From Candidatus Latescibacterota bacterium (lineage in GTDB: Bacteria; Latescibacterota; UBA2968; UBA8231): a stretch of 64,000 nucleotides of DNA. The stretch is taken from NCBI GenBank assembly GCA_965248265.1, contig CBDFJF010000001.1:864001-928000 (forward strand), in the 5' to 3' direction. Every line of letters begins with the position of its first letter. Position 1 is the stretch's first letter. This document shows positions 50,081 to 59,416 of the stretch, in pieces. Both the position numbers and the translations under genes were made by a program. The notes beneath the pieces were generated by a model. The model searched no databases. It worked only from the letters and a program-made list of their open reading frames with translations, and was not told the DNA's origin.

Positions 50081-52039
50081 TCAGCCCATAGCCCAGGGAA
50101 ACGCGTAGCTGGGAGCGTTCACGAAGCGCCGCATCTGGGCATCAATCCTCACGGCGGTGGAAGGCGGAAGCTCCACGACGAAGTGCTTCCCATCTGCCGG
50201 CAGCACCCGGTCGATCCGAGTGACGTTGTCGTCACGGGTCCAGGTGTGGGGGGTATCCTCCGGACCCTCACGCGTCTCTTCCTGGAATGCGACCTCAGTG
50301 AACCGGTGCTCACCGAACACCCCGGCCTGCACAATCACCTTGCGAGTGTCCTTGAGACTGGTGTTGACGAGCTGTATGCCTGCGCGGTCGGCGCCAAGCT
50401 CGTCGACGAGAGTGCCAACGTCCGGCGGCAAGCCTGGGCGTGCGCGATCCTGGTCGAAGTACCGCACCTGCCCGCGCACGAGGCCTCCCCTATAGATGTT
50501 TGCGGGCATCCCCAGAGCTACCATTGTCAGTGCATTCTTGAACACCGGGTTTGGCGGCCAACGGTTGTCGCGGATTATCTCTTCCATGTTCCTGGAATCC
50601 CGCCGCATCGATTCCAGGTACGCGAGCACACTCTGGTACTCCGCTTCCAGTACCATCAAGGGCCAGCCGGGATTCTTGCCGTCGTAGTACTGAAAGCGGG
50701 CGTACTCGGACTCCTCGCCACCTCTGCCTTGCTGACCTCCCGTATGGTTCCAGTCGTGGGAGGTGCTGGCATCCCTCACCCTGGCGATCAGCTCGTAGTC
50801 CTCGGGGGCCATCGACGCATGGTAGAGGTGAGTCAGGGTCTGAAACTCCCTGATGCTCATGGGCTTCCAGTCTTCCCAGCCATTCGGCCCGTGGCGGTGA
50901 GGCACGTGAAACTCTCCGTCGCGCTCGACGGCGTTCTCCATCAGGAGCTCAATCTGTGAACGAGGAAGCTCCAGATAGTCGAAGTCACCGCTGAGGAGCA
51001 CCGCGTTTTCCGCGGCGACGGCAAGCGGGCTCAACAGTAGATGCAGGTCCGGCATCCAGCGGTCTCGCATGTTCCAGCCCCACGGACCTCCCCACCACCG
51101 ACCCTGGCGCAGCTCCCCGATTATTCCGGCAGGCCCTACGTTGTCCGGTACGATGCCGTTGTTGCGCCGCATCCGGTCTATCCATGCTTCGACATACTCA
51201 AGGACCCACCGCCGGTACTTATCTTCTCCCGTATAGAGGTACGCGGTTGTGACGAGGGATGTAGTAGCCAGATTCAGGGGTACATCCCCGTTCAGCACCA
51301 TCTGGTCGAACAGTCCCAGGATCTCGTCGCGCCGCTGGGGGGTATCGAACCAGTCAGGCTCCAGGCTCTCGATGACCGGATCGAGGCTGGTCCAGCGTTC
51401 GAGACACGGGCGCACGAATTCCACTGCCGTCCCCTTGCCCCGCTTCTGCTCAGCATGGAAGACGGGGCCCTGACTGCTGGTAAAGGGCGAGCGGATGATC
51501 TTATGCCGGGGGTCGTAGTTGGGAGCATCCGGATCCTCACCGGTGAACATCTCGGCGAATCGCCTCGCACGCCGTACATTCTCCACGATGGTCGGATCAG
51601 CCAGCCCGAACTCGTAGAAGTCCTGATTGCCTTCGCCCTGATGGAAACCGTCATTGGGCGTCGCCTGGTTGTAGTACTCGTTATGGACCTGCGCCCAGTA
51701 ATGGGGATGGACCGGATCGTCCTTTCGGCGCAATGTGCCGTCGTCGTAGTAGCGTGTGACCCCATTCCACTGCCGCAGCGCCATCTGAAGCAGTCTGTCG
51801 TCACCACCCATGGCGTAGAGGATCGGTTTCATCGACAGACTCTCGTATGTGTCGTCTAGATCGAAAACGGTGCAGGGCGTCCCATCTTTGTGCCAGTACC
51901 TTCTATCAGCCCAATCGGCTCCCTCCTCCATGGCCGTCATGAGGCGACGCTCCATGATCGCCCACGCCGGAGGAGTCGTTATCCGGGACGCCTTTATCTC
52001 GATCAGTCCGGGGATGGTTGTCGGGTCTGTCTCCGCCAT
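50081..52039 (-). CDS. Conserved hypothetical protein (predicted alpha/alpha barrel enzyme), paralog A
   Basis: PPAWAI.ERRL, DD.YES, FHQGEG, IVPDNVG, WWGG.WGW, RYFD..R.RPGLPPDV, QAG.FGEH. Confidence 0.75.
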   Translation of the reverse strand: MAETDPTTIPGLIEIKASRITTPPAWAIMERRLMTAMEEGADWADRRYWHKDGTPCTVFDLDDTYESLSMKPILYAMGGDDRLLQMALRQWNGVTRYYDDGTLRRKDDPVHPHYWAQVHNEYYNQATPNDGFHQGEGNQDFYEFGLADPTIVENVRRARRFAEMFTGEDPDAPNYDPRHKIIRSPFTSSQGPVFHAEQKRGKGTAVEFVRPCLERWTSLDPVIESLEPDWFDTPQRRDEILGLFDQMVLNGDVPLNLATTSLVTTAYLYTGEDKYRRWVLEYVEAWIDRMRRNNGIVPDNVGPAGIIGELRQGRWWGGPWGWNMRDRWMPDLHLLLSPLAVAAENAVLLSGDFDYLELPRSQIELLMENAVERDGEFHVPHRHGPNGWEDWKPMSIREFQTLTHLYHASMAPEDYELIARVRDASTSHDWNHTGGQQGRGGEESEYARFQYYDGKNPGWPLMVLEAEYQSVLAYLESMRRDSRNMEEIIRDNRWPPNPVFKNALTMVALGMPANIYRGGLVRGQVRYFDQDRARPGLPPDVGTLVDELGADRAGIQLVNTSLKDTRKVIVQAGVFGEHRFTEVAFQEETREGPEDTPHTWTRDDNVTRIDRVLPADGKHFVVELPPSTAVRIDAQMRRFVNAPSYAFPWAMG

Positions 52040-52092
52040 GTGGAAACCTCCTGTCGTGTTCTGTGTGGCCAGTCGACGAAACGGGCAAACTC

Positions 52093-53994
52093 CTACGATT
52101 GGAATGGTACGGGTATCCTGTCACCGTGCCACGGAAAGGCGTAACCGGGGTCGTTGACGAAGCGCTTCATGCCCATGTCGAGGCGAATTGAGGACGAAGG
52201 CCCGAGCGTTACGGCGACGTGTTTGCCATCGACTGGCACCTCCGTCAGCGATTCGCCATCGCGGTACCAGATCGTCGTGAATGCGTGCTCGCCGAAGGCA
52301 CCTGCCTGGACGATGAGGCTGCGGGACTCGCTGGCGCTCATGTTGACGAGCTGCACCCCAGCGCGGTCAGCCTGCAGGTCGTCGACGAGGGCCGCCACGC
52401 TCGGCGGCAGTCCGGTCCGCTGTCGCTCTCGATCGAAGTAGCGCACCGTCGCCCGCAGCAGGCCGCCGCAATAGACGGTCTGGGGCGCCCCCATCGTGAC
52501 CTGCGTCAGACCATTCGTGTAAACGCCGTTGGGTATCGCCGCGTTGTCGAGTATCAGGGTTTCGGGGTCGCGGGATTCGTTTCTCAGAGCTTCGAGATCG
52601 CGCAGGGCGAGTGCGTAGTCGGCACGCAGCGCCCTTTCGGGCCAGTCGGGCAATCTGCCATCGTAATAGCTGAAGCGGCCGGTTTCCGGCACGTCGCCAT
52701 CCGTGATATAGTTGATGAGCTCGTAGTCGTCCTTCGACATCGACATGTGATAGAGATGGACCGGCTCCAGCATCCGCATGGGCTTGGGAGGACCCGTGGT
52801 ACCGTGATCCCAACCGTCGGGGGTGTAGCGCGTTGGCACGATGAGCTGGCCATCTTCGTCGCGTCGGAATCCCTGGTCGACGACGACCTTGATCTGCGAC
52901 CGTAACAGATCGACGTAGCTGTCGTCCCCGGTCAGAAGCTGCGCGCATTCGGCAGCGATGGTCGCTCCGTGGAAGATCACTTTGTAGCCCAGGTAATAGT
53001 TCCATCCATACAGGCCACCCCACCACTGACCCTCACGGTGCTCACCGATCTTGCCCGTGGGCCCGACATTGTCGGGAATGATGCCGTCGTTCTGCTCGAT
53101 GCGATCCATCCAACCACCGACGTACTCGATCACCCATTCCTTGAACTTGGGATCGCCGGTGTAGAGGTAGGCGTTGGTCACGAGGGCGGCGGCAGCCAGG
53201 CTGTTGGCCACGTCACCGTCGAGGATGATGTGATTGAACAGCCGCAGGATTTCCTGGCGCCGGTTCCACCTCTCGAACCAGTTGGGCTCCAGGTTCTGGA
53301 CGACCGGATACAGACTGCAACGCAGGCCCCTCGGCACTGGTTGGTCCGGGTACCAGCCTACCTTCCAGCGCCGGCCACCGCCTTGGAGCCACGCCTTGGC
53401 GAAATCGACACTGGCATGCTTGTAGGGCCCGACGCTGGTCTGAATGGGCGAACGGAAAATCCTGTACTTGCGGTCGTAGTTGTCGGCCTCGGGATCCTCG
53501 CCCATGAACATGGCCGCGAAGCGCCGCGACCGCCGGACGTTTTCCGAGATCGTCGGCTCGGCCACGCCGAAGTCATAGAACTGTCGATTGCCCTCACCCA
53601 TGTGGTGCCAGTCGGCACCACCGGGCGTGGCGAGATTGTAGTACTCGTTGTGTACCTGTTGTGCGAAATCGCGCAGGTCGACGTGCCAGTACTGGCCGTG
53701 TTTGCGGCGGCTGACGATGGAGTCGTCGCCCCAGCGCGTCGTCGCGTTCCACGTTCGCAGCGAGTATTCGAGCAGCTTGTCGCCACCGCCGATGGCGTAG
53801 AACAGCCCCCAGTTGTAGAACCGCTCATACTGATCGTCGAGATCGTCGGCAAAGAACAGGGTTCCGCTGCGTTCGGTGTGCTTCTCTATCACCAGGTCGG
53901 CCGCCTCGTTCATCAAATCGATGAGCTGCCGCTGCAGCAAAGCCCATCCCGGGGGTGCCGAGATTTGAGTGGCCTCGATGGAAGGAATAGCCAA
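52093..53994 (-). CDS. Conserved hypothetical protein, paralog B of 50081-52039
   Basis: Same motifs along the full length. TTG start chosen by alignment with paralog A. Confidence 0.75.
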   Translation of the reverse strand: MAIPSIEATQISAPPGWALLQRQLIDLMNEAADLVIEKHTERSGTLFFADDLDDQYERFYNWGLFYAIGGGDKLLEYSLRTWNATTRWGDDSIVSRRKHGQYWHVDLRDFAQQVHNEYYNLATPGGADWHHMGEGNRQFYDFGVAEPTISENVRRSRRFAAMFMGEDPEADNYDRKYRIFRSPIQTSVGPYKHASVDFAKAWLQGGGRRWKVGWYPDQPVPRGLRCSLYPVVQNLEPNWFERWNRRQEILRLFNHIILDGDVANSLAAAALVTNAYLYTGDPKFKEWVIEYVGGWMDRIEQNDGIIPDNVGPTGKIGEHREGQWWGGLYGWNYYLGYKVIFHGATIAAECAQLLTGDDSYVDLLRSQIKVVVDQGFRRDEDGQLIVPTRYTPDGWDHGTTGPPKPMRMLEPVHLYHMSMSKDDYELINYITDGDVPETGRFSYYDGRLPDWPERALRADYALALRDLEALRNESRDPETLILDNAAIPNGVYTNGLTQVTMGAPQTVYCGGLLRATVRYFDRERQRTGLPPSVAALVDDLQADRAGVQLVNMSASESRSLIVQAGAFGEHAFTTIWYRDGESLTEVPVDGKHVAVTLGPSSSIRLDMGMKRFVNDPGYAFPWHGDRIPVPFQS

Positions 53995-54377
53995 GGTGAA
54001 TCCCTTTGCCTGTACAGGCATCCTGTTGAAAGGACGCCAACCCTGTTGCCCTAGTATAGATCGAATGACGTGTTGTCGATAGTTTGGATCGGAGTTGGCT
54101 CGGCGCACCGCCCATGAATCTCAACCAAGCAATGTGGCGTTGGCATTCATCGCCAAGGCTTCATCGAGGTTGTCTGAAGGGCGTGTATCCGGGGCTGGGA
54201 GTTGTGTGAATACAGTTCTCTTCATATACAACCTTTCGGGAGCTGAGTGCTGAAGGCCCAACCTGCTGCGCAGGTTCGCAAATGGCTGAATCTGTATGCG
54301 TAAGTGCAGATTTCCCCTTTACCTGGCTGGGCGGTGCCCGAACAGGGTTTGCCCGACCCGTCTAAGCAACTGAAAAA

Positions 54378-55811
54378 ATGTCCAATACTCTGATTCCACG
54401 AAGCCAGGCCTCCGCCACGAATGCGGCCACGGTACTTTTGGCAGAGCGCGAAGGACGCGCCCTACGCTGGACAGCAATTGCGAGGATCGCCGGCCTTACG
54501 TTGGCGATCGTGGTCGCCGTGCCTGTAATGGACAGCGTCGATGAAGTGATTGCCACGTTGGTCCTATGCGCTATCGTCCTCTGTGCCCAAGTCGCCATTT
54601 TGCGGTCGGTGCGCAACCGGCCGGGCGGGGTCTCGATTGGTCTGCTGGGCGTCATCACCGATGCTTTGTTCTTGTGCGCGCTACCCGTGATCTGGCACCT
54701 GGTCTACACCACGGAAGACAGGCCCCTCGTTCATCTGTCGCGACACAATCTCACGGCAGTGTGCCTGACAGTTATCGCGCTGAACGGGCTGACCCTGCGA
54801 CCCTTGTATCCTGCGCTGCTCACGGCCCTCGGAGTGGTCCTGCACGCCACTCTGGCTTGGTTGGCCCTCAGCGATCCACGCCTCGATCAATTTGATGGGG
54901 GACTTCAGCGTGCGATCGGTGTCGGTTTCAGTGACCTGGACCTGATGTTCGTGGCACCGTTCTTCGTGGGGCTTGCAGGCGTCTTCGTGACGCTTGCAGC
55001 GCGTGCAGCGCGTGCAACGGTTCGGGAAGCGGTTGCTCGCGAACATTCGGAGCATCAGCTACGTGAACAGCAACTGCAAGTAGTTATGCGTACAAAAATG
55101 GAGGCCGTTGGAGACTTGGTCGCTGGCGTTCAACACGAGGTGAACAGCCCTCTAGGCGCATTGCACAGCGCTGCTGATACGGCGGAGAAGGCCTTGGGTC
55201 GCTTACGCTCTGCACTCACGGCTGAGGACGCCGGCACGGGGAACCCGGAACAACGTGCACTCGCCGCAGCCGAGGGTTCCCTGGCGCTTATCGTACAGGC
55301 AAGTCAGCGCCTTTCGAAGGTGATGGCAACGATCCGGAATTTCGCCCAGCTCGACCGCGCTGTGCAGCAGCTCATGGATCTCGGCGAGATCTTGCGAACG
55401 GCACTCGATATTCAACGACCTTCATTGCGCGCTGACACAGAGGTCGTAGTCGATGTCGCAGATGGGGTTATGGTCGAGGGCGACCCGCGACGAATCGCGG
55501 AGGCGCTCTCGACGGTGCTGCGCAACGCCGCAGAGTCCCTCGACGGCCCTGGTGCGCTCACGGTTCGATTGCGGAGTGAAGATGGCAGGGCGTGCATCGA
55601 GATCCAGGACAGCGGACGGGGCATGTCACCCGAGTTGGTCGAGCAGCTTTTTGAAATCGATTTTGCACAAAGAGAGCGCACGCAGACACGGTTTGGTCTG
55701 CCGCTGTGTCACAGCATTCTTGTGGAGCACGGTGGGGACATTGAAGTGGCAAGCGAGCTCGGGCGGGGCACAACGGTCACGATGCAATTGCCACTAATGA
55801 GCCTGTCATGA
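54378..55811 (+). CDS. Multi-TM membrane histidine kinase with degenerate ATP-lid motifs
   Basis: About six TM segments, QHEVNSP, RNFAQLD, LRNA, DSGRG. The F/G2 region reads FEIDFAQRERTQTRFGL. Confidence 0.82.
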   Translation: MSNTLIPRSQASATNAATVLLAEREGRALRWTAIARIAGLTLAIVVAVPVMDSVDEVIATLVLCAIVLCAQVAILRSVRNRPGGVSIGLLGVITDALFLCALPVIWHLVYTTEDRPLVHLSRHNLTAVCLTVIALNGLTLRPLYPALLTALGVVLHATLAWLALSDPRLDQFDGGLQRAIGVGFSDLDLMFVAPFFVGLAGVFVTLAARAARATVREAVAREHSEHQLREQQLQVVMRTKMEAVGDLVAGVQHEVNSPLGALHSAADTAEKALGRLRSALTAEDAGTGNPEQRALAAAEGSLALIVQASQRLSKVMATIRNFAQLDRAVQQLMDLGEILRTALDIQRPSLRADTEVVVDVADGVMVEGDPRRIAEALSTVLRNAAESLDGPGALTVRLRSEDGRACIEIQDSGRGMSPELVEQLFEIDFAQRERTQTRFGLPLCHSILVEHGGDIEVASELGRGTTVTMQLPLMSLS

Positions 55812-55954
55812 TGGCCCATGCTTAGCATTGGGGTGTTGATCTTCAGCCTCACCGGCAAATGGTATGTGATGCCGCGGTAGAGATCTCCAGAATGAGCTGA
55901 GAGATACCACATTTGCGCGATTCGATCACTGGGTTATGTGACTGAGAGGCACTC

Positions 55955-56407
55955 GTGGAATATAAAGGCAAACCGTATCCGCCAATCTATTTTGCCGTCT
56001 CGCTTGCTCTGATGGTCACGTTGCACTATCTCGCTCCAATCCATCAACTGCTTCCAATGCCTTTCAAATATGCCGGGGTACCGCTTGTACTTGGCGGCAT
56101 TTGCATTGCTGCGGTCGCGGCTAGGGCATTTACGAGGGTTGGAACACCCGTAGTTCCTTTTGAGAAATCAACCGTAGTTGTAACAAATGGGTTGTTCCGG
56201 TTTAGCCGCAATCCAATGTATCTGGGTATGATCATGGCACTTCTTGGCGTAGCAATGCTTCTTGGTAGTGCGGCTGCGTTCGGTCCAATTCCTATTTTCG
56301 CGTGGCTAGTCTACCACCAATTCATTCACCCTGAGGAACAGTTTCTAGAGGAGCTTTTTGGCGAGGAATATTCGGCGTATAAGCGTAAAGTACGGCGATG
56401 GGTATGA
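55955..56407 (+). CDS. Isoprenylcysteine carboxyl methyltransferase/PEMT family membrane protein (gene cassette)
   Basis: VVTNGLFRFSRNPMYLG, EEQFLEELFGEEYSAYKRKVRRW. More AT-rich than flanks. Confidence 0.88.
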   Translation: MEYKGKPYPPIYFAVSLALMVTLHYLAPIHQLLPMPFKYAGVPLVLGGICIAAVAARAFTRVGTPVVPFEKSTVVVTNGLFRFSRNPMYLGMIMALLGVAMLLGSAAAFGPIPIFAWLVYHQFIHPEEQFLEELFGEEYSAYKRKVRRWV

Positions 56408-56414
56408 GTTATGC

Positions 56415-56492
56415 CGCTAACCCGGGCATCGAGCGGATAGGCTGCTGTGAATGCCAACGCCGCGGCCGCACCACTCATGCCCGTCGTTAGTC
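56415..56492 (+). mobile_element. Integron attC site
   Basis: CGCTAAC (R'') ... GGGCAT(C)GAG pairs with CTCATGCCC leaving one extra base ... GTTAGTC (R'). Lies directly after the cassette gene stop. Confidence 0.7.
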
Positions 56493-56509
56493 TAAAAGAC
56501 AGGTCGTCC

Positions 56510-57050
56510 GGCTATCATCGGTGCCGGCGGAGGTATCGGGACCTTCGCTGTGCAGATCGCCAAGGCGTTCGGCGCGGAAGTCACCGGGGTCTGCAGCACA
56601 TCGAAGACGGACTTGGTCCGCTCGATCGGCGCTGACCATGCCATTGACTACTCTCGGGAGGACTTCGCCAACGGGCTGCAGCACTACGACATCATCCTGG
56701 ACACTGCGGGCAATCGCTCGCTTTCACACCTTAGACGCGCCCTCACCTCCCATGGGATTCTCGTGATCATCGGAGGAGAAGGGGGCGGACGATGGTTTGG
56801 AGTGGGCCGCCAACTACGGGCACTCATGTTGTCACCGTTTGTGAGCCAGAAACTCTGCTCGCCGGTCTCTCTGGAACGTTCCAGGCAGGATCTACAGTTC
56901 TTGAAGGAACTCGTCGAAGCCGGGAAGGTCACGCCAGTCATTGACAAGACCTTCACACTGGGCGAGGTCGCCGAGGCTATCCGGTATTGGGAAGAAGGTC
57001 ACGCTCGAGGAAAAATCGTCATCAACGTGTTAGGTGCGGGTCCCAGGTGA
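56510..57050 (+). pseudogene. C-terminal half of an NAD(P)-dependent MDR (quinone oxidoreductase-like) dehydrogenase
   Basis: IGAGGGIGTFAVQIAKAFGAEVTGVCS...GKVTPVIDKTF..GHARGKIVI. The N-terminal GroES-like domain is missing. Confidence 0.75.
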
Positions 57051-57158
57051 CCGGCGAGATCAGCCGAAGGTTGCGACCCTGCGCTGATGACCCTCAGTCC
57101 CTATGTCTGATGGGCGGCAACGTGCGATCTTCTGAAAAGATCCATCGAGACTGATGAT

Positions 57159-58136
57159 TTGAATCTCACGTTACCCCACACCCCGTCCTCTCTAACCCAG
57201 TGGAATGCCCTCCACGGACAACCGCTACAGTTTTGGCAGCCCCTTCTTCGAGCCATAAGCGAACAGCACCAGCTGCCCACACTTGGTTATGAGCGTGTGG
57301 GAATGGGCCGCAATGTTGTTTTTTCTTTGGCAGGGAAATGGGCTGTGAAAGTGGTACCTCCACAGTGGTTGGCTGAAGCCAAGAGGGAAATGTCTGCGTT
57401 GAATTTCGTTGCTGGCCGGATACGCCTCTCGACTCCCGACCTCGTATACCAGGGGGAGCTGCACGGATGGTACTATCTCGTAACACGGTGGCTTGCGGGC
57501 CACGAGCTTTATAAGCTGTGGCCAGTTCTCAAGTCGGACCAGAAGATGCACGTCGCCTACCAGATGGGAGAAGCGGCGGGTGTTTTCCACTCTCTTCGCT
57601 TGACCGAAAATCCAAGGAATCTTGAAGTCCATTGGAGTGATTGGCTCGCAGACCAAAGAAGGGATTCAGTCGAGAGCTTGCAGCGTTCTGGATTGTCAGC
57701 CCAGTTGGTGGAAGACCTGCCACGTTTCCTCGAGGCCGTAGGTCCCCTGCCAGTCCCGGATTTACCGAATGTTTTTCTTCACGGAGATCTAAACATTGTC
57801 AATATGCTGGTAGCGGAAGACGGTAACCACTGGAAAGTCACCGGAATCTGTGATTTTGGTGATGCAAAGATTGGCCAAGCTGCCCATGATTTCATTTCTC
57901 CTGCGATTCATGTTTTCCTAGGGGACGCAACACAACTCAAGGCCTTCTACGAGGGATATGGGCTCACTAAAGCGGAGATGACCCGAGAATTTGAGAGCCA
58001 TCTGATGGCGCGTACGATACTCTGGTATGGTGGGGAGTATCTGAACAAACGGTTGGACCAGGTTCCTCAGACCGGACCACGGGACACCTGGGAGCAGGTG
58101 GCGTACCAGTATTGGCACATGTCTGAGGCCGCATGA
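57159..58136 (+). CDS. Aminoglycoside phosphotransferase (APH)/choline-kinase-like protein
   Basis: WAVKV, FLHGDLNIVNML, GICDFGD. Confidence 0.82.
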   Translation: MNLTLPHTPSSLTQWNALHGQPLQFWQPLLRAISEQHQLPTLGYERVGMGRNVVFSLAGKWAVKVVPPQWLAEAKREMSALNFVAGRIRLSTPDLVYQGELHGWYYLVTRWLAGHELYKLWPVLKSDQKMHVAYQMGEAAGVFHSLRLTENPRNLEVHWSDWLADQRRDSVESLQRSGLSAQLVEDLPRFLEAVGPLPVPDLPNVFLHGDLNIVNMLVAEDGNHWKVTGICDFGDAKIGQAAHDFISPAIHVFLGDATQLKAFYEGYGLTKAEMTREFESHLMARTILWYGGEYLNKRLDQVPQTGPRDTWEQVAYQYWHMSEAA

Positions 58137-58350
58137 GGGACCTGAAATAAGGACAATGGAGTCGTCTGACTGCGCAGCTGCCGGTCTCTTGGTGTGCGCA
58201 TCCTACGAGTGGGCATCCAGACAGAGCGGCCTTGCCGCTGGAGTTTGTAGACCGACTGGCCGAGCGCATTGCAGCCGGTATCCGGTGCTCTGAGCTGCGG
58301 ACTGAAGGCGGCGGATGCACGTCGAGAGCAAGGGTCACGCCCGAGGCTGG

Positions 58351-59157
58351 TTACGGCGCGGCAACCGTTTCATCTGAGGCCCACACCGGCAGCGGCCGTC
58401 CCTGAAAAGTCCGCAGCCTTTCGAGATCCGCAAGGGGCGGTCGCTGAAACATGCCCAACCGGCTCACCGGCGGCAGGCCGGCGGCCTTCAACGTCGCCAT
58501 CGTCTCCGCCATCTTGAACCCCGGCAGCATGCCGTCGACGATGGGCGCGGGCTGATCCTCCGGAGCCTCCCGAGCCGCCTTCGAGAGCACGGATCCCGCC
58601 AGCGTACACCCGGCGATGAGAACTTCGGCGCCGTCCTCTTCGACGCAGCGACGGGCGACGTCCAGGACCTGCGCGCGGATCTCCTCCTCAGAGCTCCTGT
58701 GGAGATAGAGATCGGACGCGTCGATGCCGAAGCTTCGCACGGACATGAGACCCCGCGCCAGCTGGTACTGCTCGAGCAGCATCTTCTGGATCTGGCCATT
58801 CTGATCGTCGACGCTCAAGAGCGAAAAGCGCCGGCCCATCATATGGGCGGTCAGGGCGGCGGACTCCAGTGTGGCAGTCACGGGAATATCGCACAGCTGC
58901 CGGCACTCATAGAGCCCGATATCGAGGTTGCAGGAGATGAACACCGCATCGTATCCCTCGCGCTCGGCCTCGACGGCCCGATCGATCGTCGGTCCCGTGC
59001 ACGAGTGCTTGAAGTAGAGCCACTGGTTGTTGTCGAGTGGGTAGTCGGCGCCGATATCGACGACGTCGAATTCGGTCCCCGGCGACGCTATGGCCGTCAG
59101 GTTACCACGCCCGAAGTGCTCAGTTCCCGAGAACGGATTGATCACGCAGATACGCAT
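58351..59157 (-). CDS. Asp/Glu/hydantoin racemase family protein
   Basis: MRICVINP, GYDAVFISC..D.G, LIAGCT (two catalytic Cys). Confidence 0.88.
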   Translation of the reverse strand: MRICVINPFSGTEHFGRGNLTAIASPGTEFDVVDIGADYPLDNNQWLYFKHSCTGPTIDRAVEAEREGYDAVFISCNLDIGLYECRQLCDIPVTATLESAALTAHMMGRRFSLLSVDDQNGQIQKMLLEQYQLARGLMSVRSFGIDASDLYLHRSSEEEIRAQVLDVARRCVEEDGAEVLIAGCTLAGSVLSKAAREAPEDQPAPIVDGMLPGFKMAETMATLKAAGLPPVSRLGMFQRPPLADLERLRTFQGRPLPVWASDETVAAP

Positions 59158-59416
59158 GGCATGTGCTCCTGATGTCGCCGCGACGAGCGAGCGCTGCGCC
59201 GTGAGTTGCAAACGTCCCGTGCGTGTGAGAATATAGCCCGAGTTCGATTTCGCGGCCTGTCTCCCAGTCCGACAGGCTAGATGCGCAATGCCAGCCCCCA
59301 CCGGACAGGCCGGTCATGGCCACGCGGGTGCGATCAGCGTTCCGGTGCGCTGTGATCCGACCCCCTGACGCAGCGGCATTGACCTACCTGATCCGCTTGA
59401 GATGCCTGTAGCGTTC

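Noticed and set aside
57159-58136. Calling the APH-family gene an antibiotic resistance gene
   Set aside because: Only generic APH/choline-kinase motifs are visible, so the substrate cannot be inferred.
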